Of a stretch of 64,000 bases of DNA, positions 54,991-64,000 are shown piece by piece. How positions within the stretch are numbered: the first letter of the stretch is position 1; each line of letters opens with the position of its first letter. The position numbers and the translations under genes are program-made. The stretch lies in the NCBI RefSeq assembly GCF_034004485.1, contig NZ_JAVEWP010000001.1; one strand, given 5' to 3'. Source of the DNA: Phenylobacterium sp. Its GTDB lineage: Bacteria > Pseudomonadota > Alphaproteobacteria > Caulobacterales > Caulobacteraceae. Under the pieces are notes generated by a model. That model worked only from the letters and a program-made list of their open reading frames with translations, made no database searches and was not told where the DNA came from.

Positions 54991-57405
54991 GTGACCTGGG
55001 AGCATCGAGGCGCGAGAGGGGCCGCAGGGCAGTGGGCCCTGCGGATCGTGGCGGCGCTGTTGGGTCTGATCGGACTGGTGCTGGCCATCGGCGGCGCCTG
55101 GCTCGCCTTCATCGGAGGCTCGCCCTACTACCTGTTGGCAGGGCTCGGGCTGTGCGCCGCGGCCTTCTTCCTCTTCAAGGGCCGGGTGCTGGGGGTGGCG
55201 ATATACGCCGCGGTCTTCGTGGCCACCCTATTCTGGGCGCTTTGGGAGGTCGGGCTGCACGGCTGGGCGCTGGTCCCGCGCGTCGTCGGCCCCCTGGTGC
55301 TGTTCTTCGTCGTGCTGGCGCTGGTTCCGGCGATCTCGGCCTCGCGCACGGCCAGGCAGCTGGCGCTCGGCGGACTGGTGGGCGCGCTGGCCCTGGTGAT
55401 CGCCGGCGGGATCGGCGTCGCCATGTCGGCCCGCGCGCCGGAGCCGCGGCCGCTGCCGGCGGCGCAGCTGGCGATGACCGAGCCGTCCCTGTGGCCGGTC
55501 GGCGCCGACTGGCCGGCCTACGGCGGAACCTACAGCGCGCGTCGCTACTCGCCGCTGAGCCAGATCACCCCCGACAACGTGCGCCGGCTGGAGCGCGCCT
55601 GGGTCGCCCACACACGCGACCTGCCCAGCGAGCGGGCCAAGAACAAGTACGGGGCCGAAACCACGCCGCTGAAGGTCGGCGACGCCCTCTACCTCTGCTC
55701 GGCCAAGAACATCCTGATCTCGTTCGACCCGGCCACCGGGCGCGAGCGCTGGCGCTACGACCCCAAGGTCGCCGACGACTGGATTCCCTACACCGCAGCG
55801 TGCCGCGGCGTGGCCTACTACGCCGTGCCCGGCGCGGATCCGGCCGAGGCCTGCGCCTCGCGGATCATCGAGGGCACGCTGGACGGCCGGATCATCGCGG
55901 TGGACGCGCGCACGGGCGTTCCGTGCGCCGGCTTCGGCCGCAACGGCCAGGTGGACATCAAGCTGGGCATGGGCGCGGTCTTCCCAGGCATGGTCTCGAT
56001 CACCTCGCCGCCGACCATCGTGCGCGGTGTGATCGTCACCGGCCATCAGGTGTTGGACGGGCAGCGCAACGACGCCCCCTCCGGCGTGATCCAGGGCTTC
56101 GACGCCGTCACCGGCGAGCAGCGCTGGGCGTGGGATCTGGGACGGGACGCCAGCGAGCCTGCGACGCCGGACGTCACCTACACCCGCGGCACGCCGAACA
56201 TGTGGACCATCGCTTCGGGCGACGAGGCCCTCGGCCACGCCTACCTGCCGATGGGCAACTCGGCGGTGGACTACTGGAGCAGCGACCGCTCGGCGCAGGA
56301 GAACTTCTACGCCACCTCGCTGGTGGCGCTCGACGTGACCACCGGCCGTCCGGCCTGGCGCTTCCAGACCGTGCACATGGACGTGTGGGACTACGACCTC
56401 GGCTCGCAGGCCACGCTGGTCGACTTCCCGAGCCCGGCGGGGATGGTTCCGGCGCTGGTGCTGCCGTCCAAGCAGGGCGACATCTACGTGCTCGACCGGC
56501 GCACCGGCCGGCCGCTGACCGGCGTCGAGGAGCGGCCGGTCCCGCAAGGCGGCGTCGAACCGGCGCAGCGGACGAAGACCCAGCTCTTCTCACTCTATCA
56601 CACGCTGGCCAGGCAGGAGCTGACCGAGAAGGACATGTGGGGCATGTCGCTGATCGATCAGATGGTCTGCCGGATCCAGTTCCGGCTGGCCGACTACCGC
56701 GGCATGTACACCCCACCCACCGCCGACCGGCGCTGGGTCCAGTATCCCGGCTACAACGGCGGCAGCGACTGGGGCGGGATCGCGGTCGACCCGGTGCGCG
56801 GCGTGATCGTCGCCAACTACAACGACATGCCCAACTACAACCGGCTGGTCCCGCGCGAGGAGGCCGACCGCAAAGGCTGGACGCCGCGCGACCAGGCCCG
56901 TGGCGGCGACCTCGGCGGCGGGGCGGAGGGTGCGGGCGATCCGCAGGCCGGCTCGCCCTACGCCGTGTCGGTGAACGCCGGCTGGCGCATGCCCTTCACC
57001 AAGCTGCTCTGCAAACAGCCGCCCTACGGCGGCATCCGCGCCATCGACCTAAGGACCGGCCGGACGATCTGGGACCGGCCGCTCGGCCAGGCCCGCCGCA
57101 ACGGCCCCTTCGGCATTCCCTCCATGCTGCCGGTCGGCATCGGCACGCCGAACAACGGCGGGGCGGTGGTGACCGCGGGCGGGGTGATCTTCATCGCCGC
57201 GGCGACCGACAACCTGATCCGCGCCCTCGACCTGCGCACCGGCGAACTGCTCTGGAGCGACGTGCTCCCGGCCGGCGGCCAGGCCACGCCGATGACCTAC
57301 GAGCACGGCGGCCGGCAGTATCTGGTGATCATGGCCGGCGGGCACCACTTCATGGAGACGCCGGTCGGCGATGAGGTGATCGCCTACGCGCTGCCCGGCT
57401 CCTGA
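54991..57405 (+). CDS. membrane-bound PQQ-dependent dehydrogenase (glucose/quinate/shikimate family)
   Basis: GTG start after GAGAGAGGAGA. N-terminal TM helices, then a PQQ propeller (DWPAYGGTYSARRYSPLSQIT). 804 aa. The start could be further upstream, up to 54808. Confidence 0.88.
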   Translation: MTWEHRGARGAAGQWALRIVAALLGLIGLVLAIGGAWLAFIGGSPYYLLAGLGLCAAAFFLFKGRVLGVAIYAAVFVATLFWALWEVGLHGWALVPRVVGPLVLFFVVLALVPAISASRTARQLALGGLVGALALVIAGGIGVAMSARAPEPRPLPAAQLAMTEPSLWPVGADWPAYGGTYSARRYSPLSQITPDNVRRLERAWVAHTRDLPSERAKNKYGAETTPLKVGDALYLCSAKNILISFDPATGRERWRYDPKVADDWIPYTAACRGVAYYAVPGADPAEACASRIIEGTLDGRIIAVDARTGVPCAGFGRNGQVDIKLGMGAVFPGMVSITSPPTIVRGVIVTGHQVLDGQRNDAPSGVIQGFDAVTGEQRWAWDLGRDASEPATPDVTYTRGTPNMWTIASGDEALGHAYLPMGNSAVDYWSSDRSAQENFYATSLVALDVTTGRPAWRFQTVHMDVWDYDLGSQATLVDFPSPAGMVPALVLPSKQGDIYVLDRRTGRPLTGVEERPVPQGGVEPAQRTKTQLFSLYHTLARQELTEKDMWGMSLIDQMVCRIQFRLADYRGMYTPPTADRRWVQYPGYNGGSDWGGIAVDPVRGVIVANYNDMPNYNRLVPREEADRKGWTPRDQARGGDLGGGAEGAGDPQAGSPYAVSVNAGWRMPFTKLLCKQPPYGGIRAIDLRTGRTIWDRPLGQARRNGPFGIPSMLPVGIGTPNNGGAVVTAGGVIFIAAATDNLIRALDLRTGELLWSDVLPAGGQATPMTYEHGGRQYLVIMAGGHHFMETPVGDEVIAYALPGS

Positions 57406-58478
57406 ACGCCGAGGTCGGCATCGTCGGCGGGGCCGCCGAGGAAGCCCTCGACGTAGAGCATCTTCACGGCCACGTAGGCGACCAGCGCCAGGGGCGTCGC
57501 GAACAGCACGCCGAGCGGACCCAGCAGCAGCCCCATCGCCAGGACCGCGAACAGCGTCAGGGCCATCGGCAGCTGGGCCATCTGGCGGAGCACCAGGGGG
57601 GTGATCAGGTTGGCTTCGATCTGCGCCGCGCCCAGGTAGACGATGCCCGCCCAGATGAAGGTGTCGGTTCCCTGGGTGAGGGCGATGGTCAGGCCCGGGA
57701 GGGCCGCGGCCATCGGCCCGACGACGGGCACGAACTGGCCGACGCCGGCCAGGAGGCCGAGGCCCAGCGGGGTGGGCACCCCGGCCAGCCACAGGCCGAG
57801 CGTGGTCGTCGCACCGACCAGCGCCATCGAGACGAGCTGGCCGAGCAGCCAGCGGCGCAGGGCGTGGTTCATCGTCGTCACCACCTCGCGGGCCCGCGGA
57901 CGCGCCGACCGCGGGACGAGGCTGATCGCCCCCCTCAGATAGGTCTGCGGGTGGAAGGCTAGGTAGAGGCCGGCGAAGGCGACGATGATCGCCGAAGCGA
58001 CGCCGGTGGCGAGGTCGGCGGTGAACTGCGGCGCGAGCCTGAGCAGCAGCTCGTCGGGCGCCTTGACCGCGTTCAGCTGGCCGAGCGCCAGCCGCCCCAG
58101 CGGGTCGGCGGCCATCGCCGTCTGGGCCTGCGCCCAGGCCCTGGGCAACAGCTCGGCCAGGGTGCGAAGCTGGTCGAGGGCTTCCCGGCCGAACGTCCAG
58201 ACCCCGGCTGCGCTGGCCAGCATGATCGCCATCGTCACCGCGGTCAGGGCGATCGGGCGCGGCATCCGCAGCCGCGCCGCCAAGGGTTCGGACAGCGCAT
58301 CCAGCAAGAGGGCTACGAGCACCGCGCCGAACGCCAGCAGCAGCACGTCGATCAGGGCCAGCACCAGGGCGGCCAGCGCCAGGATCAGCCCGATGGCGAC
58401 CAGTCGGCGCGCCGCGCCGACGGGCAGGCGCCCGCGCCGGGGCTCACTGGGCGACCCGATGTGCGGCGCCTCGGCCAT
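57384..58478 (-). CDS. AI-2E family (PerM/UPF0118) transporter
   Basis: Multi-TM protein with the GVGQFVPVVGP motif. Confidence 0.85.
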   Translation of the reverse strand: MAEAPHIGSPSEPRRGRLPVGAARRLVAIGLILALAALVLALIDVLLLAFGAVLVALLLDALSEPLAARLRMPRPIALTAVTMAIMLASAAGVWTFGREALDQLRTLAELLPRAWAQAQTAMAADPLGRLALGQLNAVKAPDELLLRLAPQFTADLATGVASAIIVAFAGLYLAFHPQTYLRGAISLVPRSARPRAREVVTTMNHALRRWLLGQLVSMALVGATTTLGLWLAGVPTPLGLGLLAGVGQFVPVVGPMAAALPGLTIALTQGTDTFIWAGIVYLGAAQIEANLITPLVLRQMAQLPMALTLFAVLAMGLLLGPLGVLFATPLALVAYVAVKMLYVEGFLGGPADDADLGVQEPGSA

Positions 58479-58485
58479 CGGCGGC

Positions 58486-58884
58486 CTATTCGGTCTCCAG
58501 GGTCTGCATGTAGGCCATCAGGGACTCGATCTCGTCCCAGTGGACCCGCAGCGGCGGCATCTCGGAGTGTTCGGTCTCGACCATGTCGGCCAGCTTCCGC
58601 TGCAGCGTGGTGGCCACGTAGCGGCGGTTGAGTTCGACGAAGGTCGGCGCGCCGGCCATGGGGCTCTCCTGACCGGCCTTCACCGCGTGACAGGAGGCGC
58701 AACGGGTCTCGGCGAAGGCGCGGCCGGCCTCGACGCTGGGCGCGCGCAGCGCGACCTCCTCGTCCGACGAGCCTGTCGCACAGGCGCCCGCAAGCAACAG
58801 CGCCGTGAAGCCCGCGGCGGCAAGGCGGAGAGGGCCGAGCCAGGCGGGACGTTGGTCGGTGGAGGCGGAATCGGTGCGAGTCAC
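58486..58884 (-). CDS. monoheme c-type cytochrome
   Basis: Signal or lipoprotein-like N-terminus. CASCH. Confidence 0.7.
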   Translation of the reverse strand: MTRTDSASTDQRPAWLGPLRLAAAGFTALLLAGACATGSSDEEVALRAPSVEAGRAFAETRCASCHAVKAGQESPMAGAPTFVELNRRYVATTLQRKLADMVETEHSEMPPLRVHWDEIESLMAYMQTLETE

Positions 58885-59136
58885 GGGCGTGGTTCTCCTG
58901 CTGCGCGAGCTTGGACTCTGGCGAGCCGCCGCGCAATTTCCGAAGCGCCCGCTACGTGGGGTTTGCTCCGATGGGACCGCCCGTCGGCGATCCGTTGGAG
59001 CCTTCCTAGACCCGCTCCCGCCTCAGGAAACGTCGGGTCCTTCCCCTAGAGGCCGCTACGTAGGCGGCGCCGTGGGCGGAGTGCGCCCCGCCCGTCGGCT
59101 CCAGGACCGGGGCCCGGTCCCGGAGCCTCGCGACGG

Positions 59137-60393
59137 TCAGGCCCGGCGCGGGATGGTGACCGGCAGGGACTCGTAGCCCTTCACGAAGGTCGAGTAGACC
59201 CGCTTGGGTTCGCCGGTGACGATGATTTCCGGGAACCGCTTGAGGATCTCTTCCCAGATGATGGTCAGCTGCAGCTCGGCCAGTCGGTTGCCCACGCAGC
59301 GGTGGATGCCGAAGCCGAAGGAGATGTGCTGGCGCGGACGCGGGCGGTCGATGATGTAGGCGTTCGGGTTCTCAATGACCTCGTCGTCGCGGTTGCCCGA
59401 GACGTACCACATGACGACCTTGTCGCCGGCCTTGATCTGCTTGCCGCCGAACTCGATGTCCTGGGTGGCGCGCCGGCGCATGTGGGCCAGCGGCGTTTGC
59501 CAGCGGATGGTCTCGGAGACCATCGACGGGATCAGCGAGGGGTTCTCGCGCAGCTTGTTGTACTGGTCGGGGTTCTGGTTCAGGGCCAGCACGGAGCCGG
59601 AGATGGTGTTGCGGGTGGTGTCGTTGCCGCCCACCGTCAGCAGCACGATGTTCCCGAAGTACTCGCGCGGCGACATGTCCTTGGTCGCCTCGCCGTGCGC
59701 CAGCATGGACACCAGGTCGTCGGACGGCGGCGCGTTCACCCGCTCGTTCCAGAGGTTGGTGAAGTAGGCGTGGTACTCCACGAAGATCTGCATCTTCTGT
59801 TCGACGCTGTCGATCAGGCCGGCGCCCGGCACGGCGGTGACCACGTCCGACCAGTAGATGAGCTGGCGGCGGTCTTCCTGGGGCATCCCGAACAGGGTGG
59901 CCAGGGTCATGCCGGTCAGTTCCTTGGAGACCTTGTCGACCCAGTCGAACTCCTCGCCGATCGGCAGCCCGTCGAGGATCTTGCCGGCCCGCTCGCGGAT
60001 CAGCGGGGCCAGGATCTGCAGGTTGTGCGGCGAGACGGCGGGGCTCACCGTCTTGCGCTGGATGTCGTGCTTGGGCGGGTCCATCGCGATGAACATCGGC
60101 AGCGGACCCTCGTCCCCGGTCTGCTCGGCGATGGTGATGGCCGGCTCCGACGAGAACACCTGGTGATTGGTGTCGACCGCCATGATGTCGTTGTACTTGG
60201 TGATCGACCAGTACGGCCCGTATTCGCTCTCGGCCGTGAAGTGGACCGGATCCTCGGCCCGCAGGCGCTCGAAGATCGGCCACATGGCGTCGGCCTGGAA
60301 CAGCGCCGGCTGGGCCGGGTTCAGCAGTTCCAGCGGGGTGGCGTAGGCCTGCTCTCGCGCAGCCTCGCGGCTCAGTAGATTCCCATCGGCCAT
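59137..60393 (-). CDS. cytochrome P450, CYP153-like (second paralogue)
   Basis: FGFGIHRCVGNRLAE, LLTVGGNDTTRN, YWSITKYNDI. Roughly two-thirds identical by eye to the P450 at 36249..37538. Confidence 0.9.
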   Translation of the reverse strand: MADGNLLSREAAREQAYATPLELLNPAQPALFQADAMWPIFERLRAEDPVHFTAESEYGPYWSITKYNDIMAVDTNHQVFSSEPAITIAEQTGDEGPLPMFIAMDPPKHDIQRKTVSPAVSPHNLQILAPLIRERAGKILDGLPIGEEFDWVDKVSKELTGMTLATLFGMPQEDRRQLIYWSDVVTAVPGAGLIDSVEQKMQIFVEYHAYFTNLWNERVNAPPSDDLVSMLAHGEATKDMSPREYFGNIVLLTVGGNDTTRNTISGSVLALNQNPDQYNKLRENPSLIPSMVSETIRWQTPLAHMRRRATQDIEFGGKQIKAGDKVVMWYVSGNRDDEVIENPNAYIIDRPRPRQHISFGFGIHRCVGNRLAELQLTIIWEEILKRFPEIIVTGEPKRVYSTFVKGYESLPVTIPRRA

Positions 60394-60474
60394 CGTTATC
60401 TCTCCCAGATCGCCGGACCTTGCTGCTCGAAGATGACGCGTGTGTCAACTTTGAAGCCGGCGTGGCGGCTGAAG

Positions 60475-61692
60475 TCAGGTCCGCTGGCGCTGTCCGCGGG
60501 CCGAGGTTCGACGGGGCGCGCCGACCGGATCGGCCATGTAGTCACGGGTGAGGGGAAGGACATCGGCCCGCTTGGCGAGCTGGATCTGGAACACCATGCA
60601 GCCACGATGGCGGAAGCCGAGCTCGCTGAGGGCGAGGTAGAACTCCCAGATTCGGCAGAACCGCTCGCCGTAGTCGCGGGCGATCTCGGACCGACGCGCG
60701 GAAAAGCGCTCGCGCCAGGCTTTCAGCGTCTCGGCGTAGTGCAGGCGGAGGATCTCGACGTCGGTGACCCACAGCCCCGAGGCCTCGACGGCGGGCAGCA
60801 CTTCCGACAGGGCCGGGATGTAGCCGCCGGGAAAGATGTATTTGGCGATCCAAGGCTGGGTGCGCCCGCTCGGCCGGTTGACGCCGATGGAATGGATCAC
60901 CGCCACGCCGTCGTCGGCCAGCAGACGGGCGACCTGTCCGAAGAAGGCGTGGTAGTTGGGCCGCCCCACGTGCTCGAACATGCCGACCGAGACGATCCGG
61001 TCGTAGGGGCCCGTGACGTCCCGGTAGTCCTGCAGCCTGAACTCGACATCGGCGGACAGGCCCCGCTCCTCCGCTCGGGCTCTGGCGGTCGCCAGCTGCT
61101 CGGGCGAGAGGGTGATGCCGGTGACCCGGACCGAGGCCTGCTCGGCCAGGCTCATGGCCAACCCGCCCCAGCCACAGCCGATGTCCAGCACCCGAAGCCC
61201 GGGGCGAAGGGCGAGCTTGGCCGACAGCCGCCTCTTCTTGGCCTGCTGGGCCTGCTCGAGGGTCATGTCGGGATGCTGGAAGTAGGCGCAGGAGTACTGC
61301 AGATCCTCGTCCAGGAACCGGCGGTAGAGGTCCAGGCCGAGGTCGTAGTGATGCTGGACATTGCGGCGCGAAGCCCGCCGGTGGTTGAGCTGCTCCAGCC
61401 GGCCGATCAGGCGCTCCATCCAGCCAGGCGCCTTTCGGGGCGGCAGGTTGCGGCCGATCAGGTCCAGCAGGTCCCAGAGTTCGCCGCGCTCGATGACGAG
61501 GCCGCCGTCGACGTAGGCCTCGCCAAGCGCCAGCGCCGGGCGCGCCGCCAGGCGGGCGGCGGTTCGATGGTCGCGGACGGCGATGCGCAGCGGCGGGTCG
61601 GGATCTTCGCCCAGCATCAGCGTCCGCCCGTCCGGCATCCGGACGGCGAGCGAGCCGGTGCGCACCAATCGCCTCAGCAGGGTCTCGAGCAT
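60475..61692 (-). CDS. cfa: cyclopropane-fatty-acyl-phospholipid synthase family SAM methyltransferase
   Basis: SAM motif VLDIGCGWGGLA. Cfa-type YDLGLDLYRRFLDEDLQYSCAYF. Confidence 0.8.
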   Translation of the reverse strand: MLETLLRRLVRTGSLAVRMPDGRTLMLGEDPDPPLRIAVRDHRTAARLAARPALALGEAYVDGGLVIERGELWDLLDLIGRNLPPRKAPGWMERLIGRLEQLNHRRASRRNVQHHYDLGLDLYRRFLDEDLQYSCAYFQHPDMTLEQAQQAKKRRLSAKLALRPGLRVLDIGCGWGGLAMSLAEQASVRVTGITLSPEQLATARARAEERGLSADVEFRLQDYRDVTGPYDRIVSVGMFEHVGRPNYHAFFGQVARLLADDGVAVIHSIGVNRPSGRTQPWIAKYIFPGGYIPALSEVLPAVEASGLWVTDVEILRLHYAETLKAWRERFSARRSEIARDYGERFCRIWEFYLALSELGFRHRGCMVFQIQLAKRADVLPLTRDYMADPVGAPRRTSARGQRQRT

Positions 61693-61762
61693 GGCTCTCT
61701 CCCCAACCTCGGCTGCAACGCGCGGGGCGCGGCGGCTGTTCCGCCGGTCGCGCGGCGGGAGA

Positions 61763-63607
61763 TCAGACGCTCACGACGCCTTCTTCAGGCGGGTTGGCGT
61801 AGAGGGCGTCCACCAGGGCGGCGCGCCGCTCCAGCGTGGCGCGCTGGTTCACGTAGCCCTTGTCGGTGATCTCCCCTGCGTCGATGGACGGCGGCTCGGT
61901 CATCACCATGAAGCGGCCGATGCGCCGGGACGAGCCGCCGGCCTGCGCATTGAAGGCGCGCAGCCGCTCGGCGATCAGCTCCCGAAGCCGGGGCATCGGG
62001 TCCGGCCCCAGCGACGGCAGGGCGGCGGGCGAGGGCCAGATCAGCGCCCCGGCGAAGGGCTTGTCCTGCCCGGTGACGACGATGTCGAGCACATAGGGGC
62101 TGCAGGCGGCGACGAGGTCGGGCCGCAGGGTGCCCACCGAGACCCAGGTGCCGGAATCCAGCTTGAAGTCCTCTGTGACCCGACCGTCGAAGACGAGGCC
62201 CAGCTCCGGCTTGTCCGGATCGAGGAAGCGGGCCGCGTCGCCGAGGCCGTAGAAGCCCTCCTCGTCGAAGGCCTGGGCGGTCTTCTCGGGGTCGTTGTGG
62301 TAGCCGCTGGTGACCGTCGGCCCCTTCACCCGCACCTCGAACTTGGTCCCGTTCGGGACAAGCTTCAGGGTGATGCCCGGCAACGGCAGGCCGATCAGGC
62401 CGACCCGCTCGGTCGGCCAGTGGACGACGGTGATCCCCTGCGTCTCCGTCGCGCCGTACATGGTGGTCAGCGGGATGCGGAAACCCGTCTCGGTGATCGC
62501 CAGGGCCTGCATCCGCTCGTAGACGTCGTCGGACAGCGTCGCTCCGCCGTAGCCCATGTAGCGCAGGTTCTTGAAGAACGAGCGGCGCAGCGCGGCGTCG
62601 CGTTCCATCGCCTCGGCCAGCATGGCGAAAGCGATCGGGGCCGAGCCGAACACCATCGGCGAGACCTCGTAGAGGTTCTTGATGGTGGTCTCGAACATCC
62701 CCGGAAGCGGCTTGCCCTCGTCGAGATAGAGGGTCGCGCCGCCCCAAAGCGCGCCGTTGAAGCCGATGTTGCCGGCCGAGATGTGGCTCCAGGGCATCCA
62801 TTCCAGCGACAGCGGCACGAGGTCGGGATCGACCGGCTCATCGCGCAGGCCCTCCTGGCCGGCGATGACCCCGGCGAACATGCCGTGGGTCTGGGGCACG
62901 CCCTTGGGCATGCCGGTGGAGCCGGAGGTGAACAGGTATTTGGCCACGGCGCCGTGTCCGACCCTGTCCAGCGCCTCGGCTACGCTCGCGCGCGGCGTGG
63001 TCCCGGCGAGTTCGGAGAAGGGGATGGTCCCACCGCCGCCGTCGACGGTGACGAACTTCAGGGCCGGATCCAGGCTCTTCAGCGCCTCGACGGCGCGGGC
63101 GAACATCTGAGAGTCCTGGGCGAACACCACCTTGGGCCGCAGCACGCCGAAGCAGTGCTTCAGCTTGGCGTGGTCCATGGACATCAGCGAATAGGCCGGG
63201 CTGATCGGGGCGATCGGCACGCCGGCCGTGTAGCACCCCAGCATCAGGAGCCCGTGCTCCAGCGAGTTCCCGGACAGCACCATGACCACGTCGCCGCCGG
63301 TCAGCCCGGCGTCCAGCAGCCACTGGGCGATCCCGTCTGCGGTGCGCTTGGCCTCGCCGTAGGTGACCCCGCGCCACGGGCCGTGGCCCGGCTCGCGCTG
63401 CAGGATGTAGGGGCGGTCGGGGTGCTGGGCGGCCTTCTCCGCCAGCAGGTGGCCGATCGACCGTGGCCCTTCACCGGGCGGGTGATTGGAGCGGACCAGC
63501 ACCGATCCGTCGGCGCGGCGTTCGACCGTGACGTCGGGGCCCTTCTGCGGCAGCGGCTTGAACGGCGGGGCGAGCTGCGCGGCGCGCGCGTCGTCGGCTG
63601 GAGTCAT
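61763..63607 (-). CDS. AMP-dependent acyl-CoA synthetase, feruloyl-CoA-synthase-like
   Basis: FTSGSTGMPKGV. 614 aa. The N-terminal layout resembles Fcs-type ligases. Confidence 0.8.
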   Translation of the reverse strand: MTPADDARAAQLAPPFKPLPQKGPDVTVERRADGSVLVRSNHPPGEGPRSIGHLLAEKAAQHPDRPYILQREPGHGPWRGVTYGEAKRTADGIAQWLLDAGLTGGDVVMVLSGNSLEHGLLMLGCYTAGVPIAPISPAYSLMSMDHAKLKHCFGVLRPKVVFAQDSQMFARAVEALKSLDPALKFVTVDGGGGTIPFSELAGTTPRASVAEALDRVGHGAVAKYLFTSGSTGMPKGVPQTHGMFAGVIAGQEGLRDEPVDPDLVPLSLEWMPWSHISAGNIGFNGALWGGATLYLDEGKPLPGMFETTIKNLYEVSPMVFGSAPIAFAMLAEAMERDAALRRSFFKNLRYMGYGGATLSDDVYERMQALAITETGFRIPLTTMYGATETQGITVVHWPTERVGLIGLPLPGITLKLVPNGTKFEVRVKGPTVTSGYHNDPEKTAQAFDEEGFYGLGDAARFLDPDKPELGLVFDGRVTEDFKLDSGTWVSVGTLRPDLVAACSPYVLDIVVTGQDKPFAGALIWPSPAALPSLGPDPMPRLRELIAERLRAFNAQAGGSSRRIGRFMVMTEPPSIDAGEITDKGYVNQRATLERRAALVDALYANPPEEGVVSV

Positions 63608-63642
63608 GGGCGATCCTCCCTCAAGGACCCTTGTTCTCCGAC

Positions 63643-63700
63643 CGAGCCTATGCCTACGCCACGCTGCTGCAAGGCCGTCGCGACGTCAGCTTACGCAAGG
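63643..63700 (-). promoter_or_regulatory. bipartite conserved upstream module, copy B
   Basis: CGAGCCTATGCCT (63643-63655), then 25 nt, then CGACGTCAGCTTACGCAAGG (63681-63700). Confidence 0.4.
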
Positions 63701-63844
63701 TCAGCCGCTTGATCGGCGCCGCTCACAGGTTTGACGGGCTGCTGTGAAACACTTGTTTGATTTTGCCGGCGGATGGGCCAATGGTGACGGCCACGGGCCG
63801 TGGGCGCTCCGCCCCGGCCACAGGTCGCGCTTTGGAGGATGCCC

Positions 63845-64000
63845 ATGACCATGACCGCCGAACGGCCAGAGTCCAAGTTCAAGCTCAATCCACAGGACGA
63901 GCTGAACGACCTGCGCATGTCCGACAAGGCGCTGCCGCTCTACAACCAAGTCAAGACCTTCATCCGCGAGGTCGTCCAGCCGATGAGCGAGGAGTTCCAT
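63845..64000 (+). CDS. acyl-CoA dehydrogenase family protein, 3' end outside window
   Basis: My own translation from an ATG preceded by GGAGGA: MTMTAERPESKFKLNPQDELNDLRMSDKALPLYNQVKTFIREVVQPMSEEFH. This looks like an ACAD N-terminus. The frame is open to the window end. Confidence 0.5.
   Translation, partial: MTMTAERPESKFKLNPQDELNDLRMSDKALPLYNQVKTFIREVVQPMSEEFH

Overview
This is a very GC-rich, gene-dense chromosomal segment that looks alphaproteobacterial (Caulobacterales-like). I did not compute the GC value. I support 59 protein-coding genes and found no rRNA, tRNA, CRISPR array, transposase or integrase. The window divides into eight blocks. (1) 0-5.7 kb: exported hypothetical proteins, a membrane-anchored wHTH/BTAD regulator with a TolB-like propeller, and a LuxR-type regulator. 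(2) 6-14.2 kb: acyl-CoA and lipid catabolic genes with two convergently overlapping TetR genes. (3) 14.2-28.1 kb: NO/Fe-S stress genes (hemerythrin, FdxA, Nfu, NsrR) and a complete respiratory nitrate reductase operon, fused narK-narGHJI-ppiC, with two small coupled trailing ORFs. (4) 28.1-34.5 kb: an operon of four exported enzymes (type-B carboxylesterase, two beta-lactamase-fold serine hydrolases, a Tat-signal MmgE/PrpD protein) plus an IclR regulator. (5) 34.5-46.3 kb: small conserved hypotheticals, a globin, a CYP153-like P450, a LuxR-type regulator, and two TonB-dependent receptors bracketing an acyl-CoA dehydrogenase, a MerR regulator and a DUF2236/MpaB-type oxygenase. (6) 46.3-48.4 kb: a D-aminoacylase preceded by two tiny coupled ORFs. 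(7) 48.5-57.4 kb: a Thermus/Bacillus-style caa3 oxidase island (II-cyt c fusion, I+III fusion, CtaG, cyt b561, extra c-cytochromes) next to a membrane PQQ dehydrogenase. (8) 57.4-64 kb: an AI-2E transporter, a cytochrome c, a second CYP153-like P450, a Cfa-like methyltransferase, a feruloyl-CoA-synthase-like ligase, and the start of an acyl-CoA dehydrogenase. I saw no recognisable defence or mobile system. The best candidates for undescribed biology are the exported esterase/serine-hydrolase/PrpD operon, the TonB-receptor-bracketed P450/DUF2236 locus, a roughly 100-nt promoter/leader module duplicated at two unrelated loci, and an orphan terminator/leader region at 34.5-34.8 kb. All family assignments come from reading motifs by eye in the supplied ORF translations. 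No database search was run.
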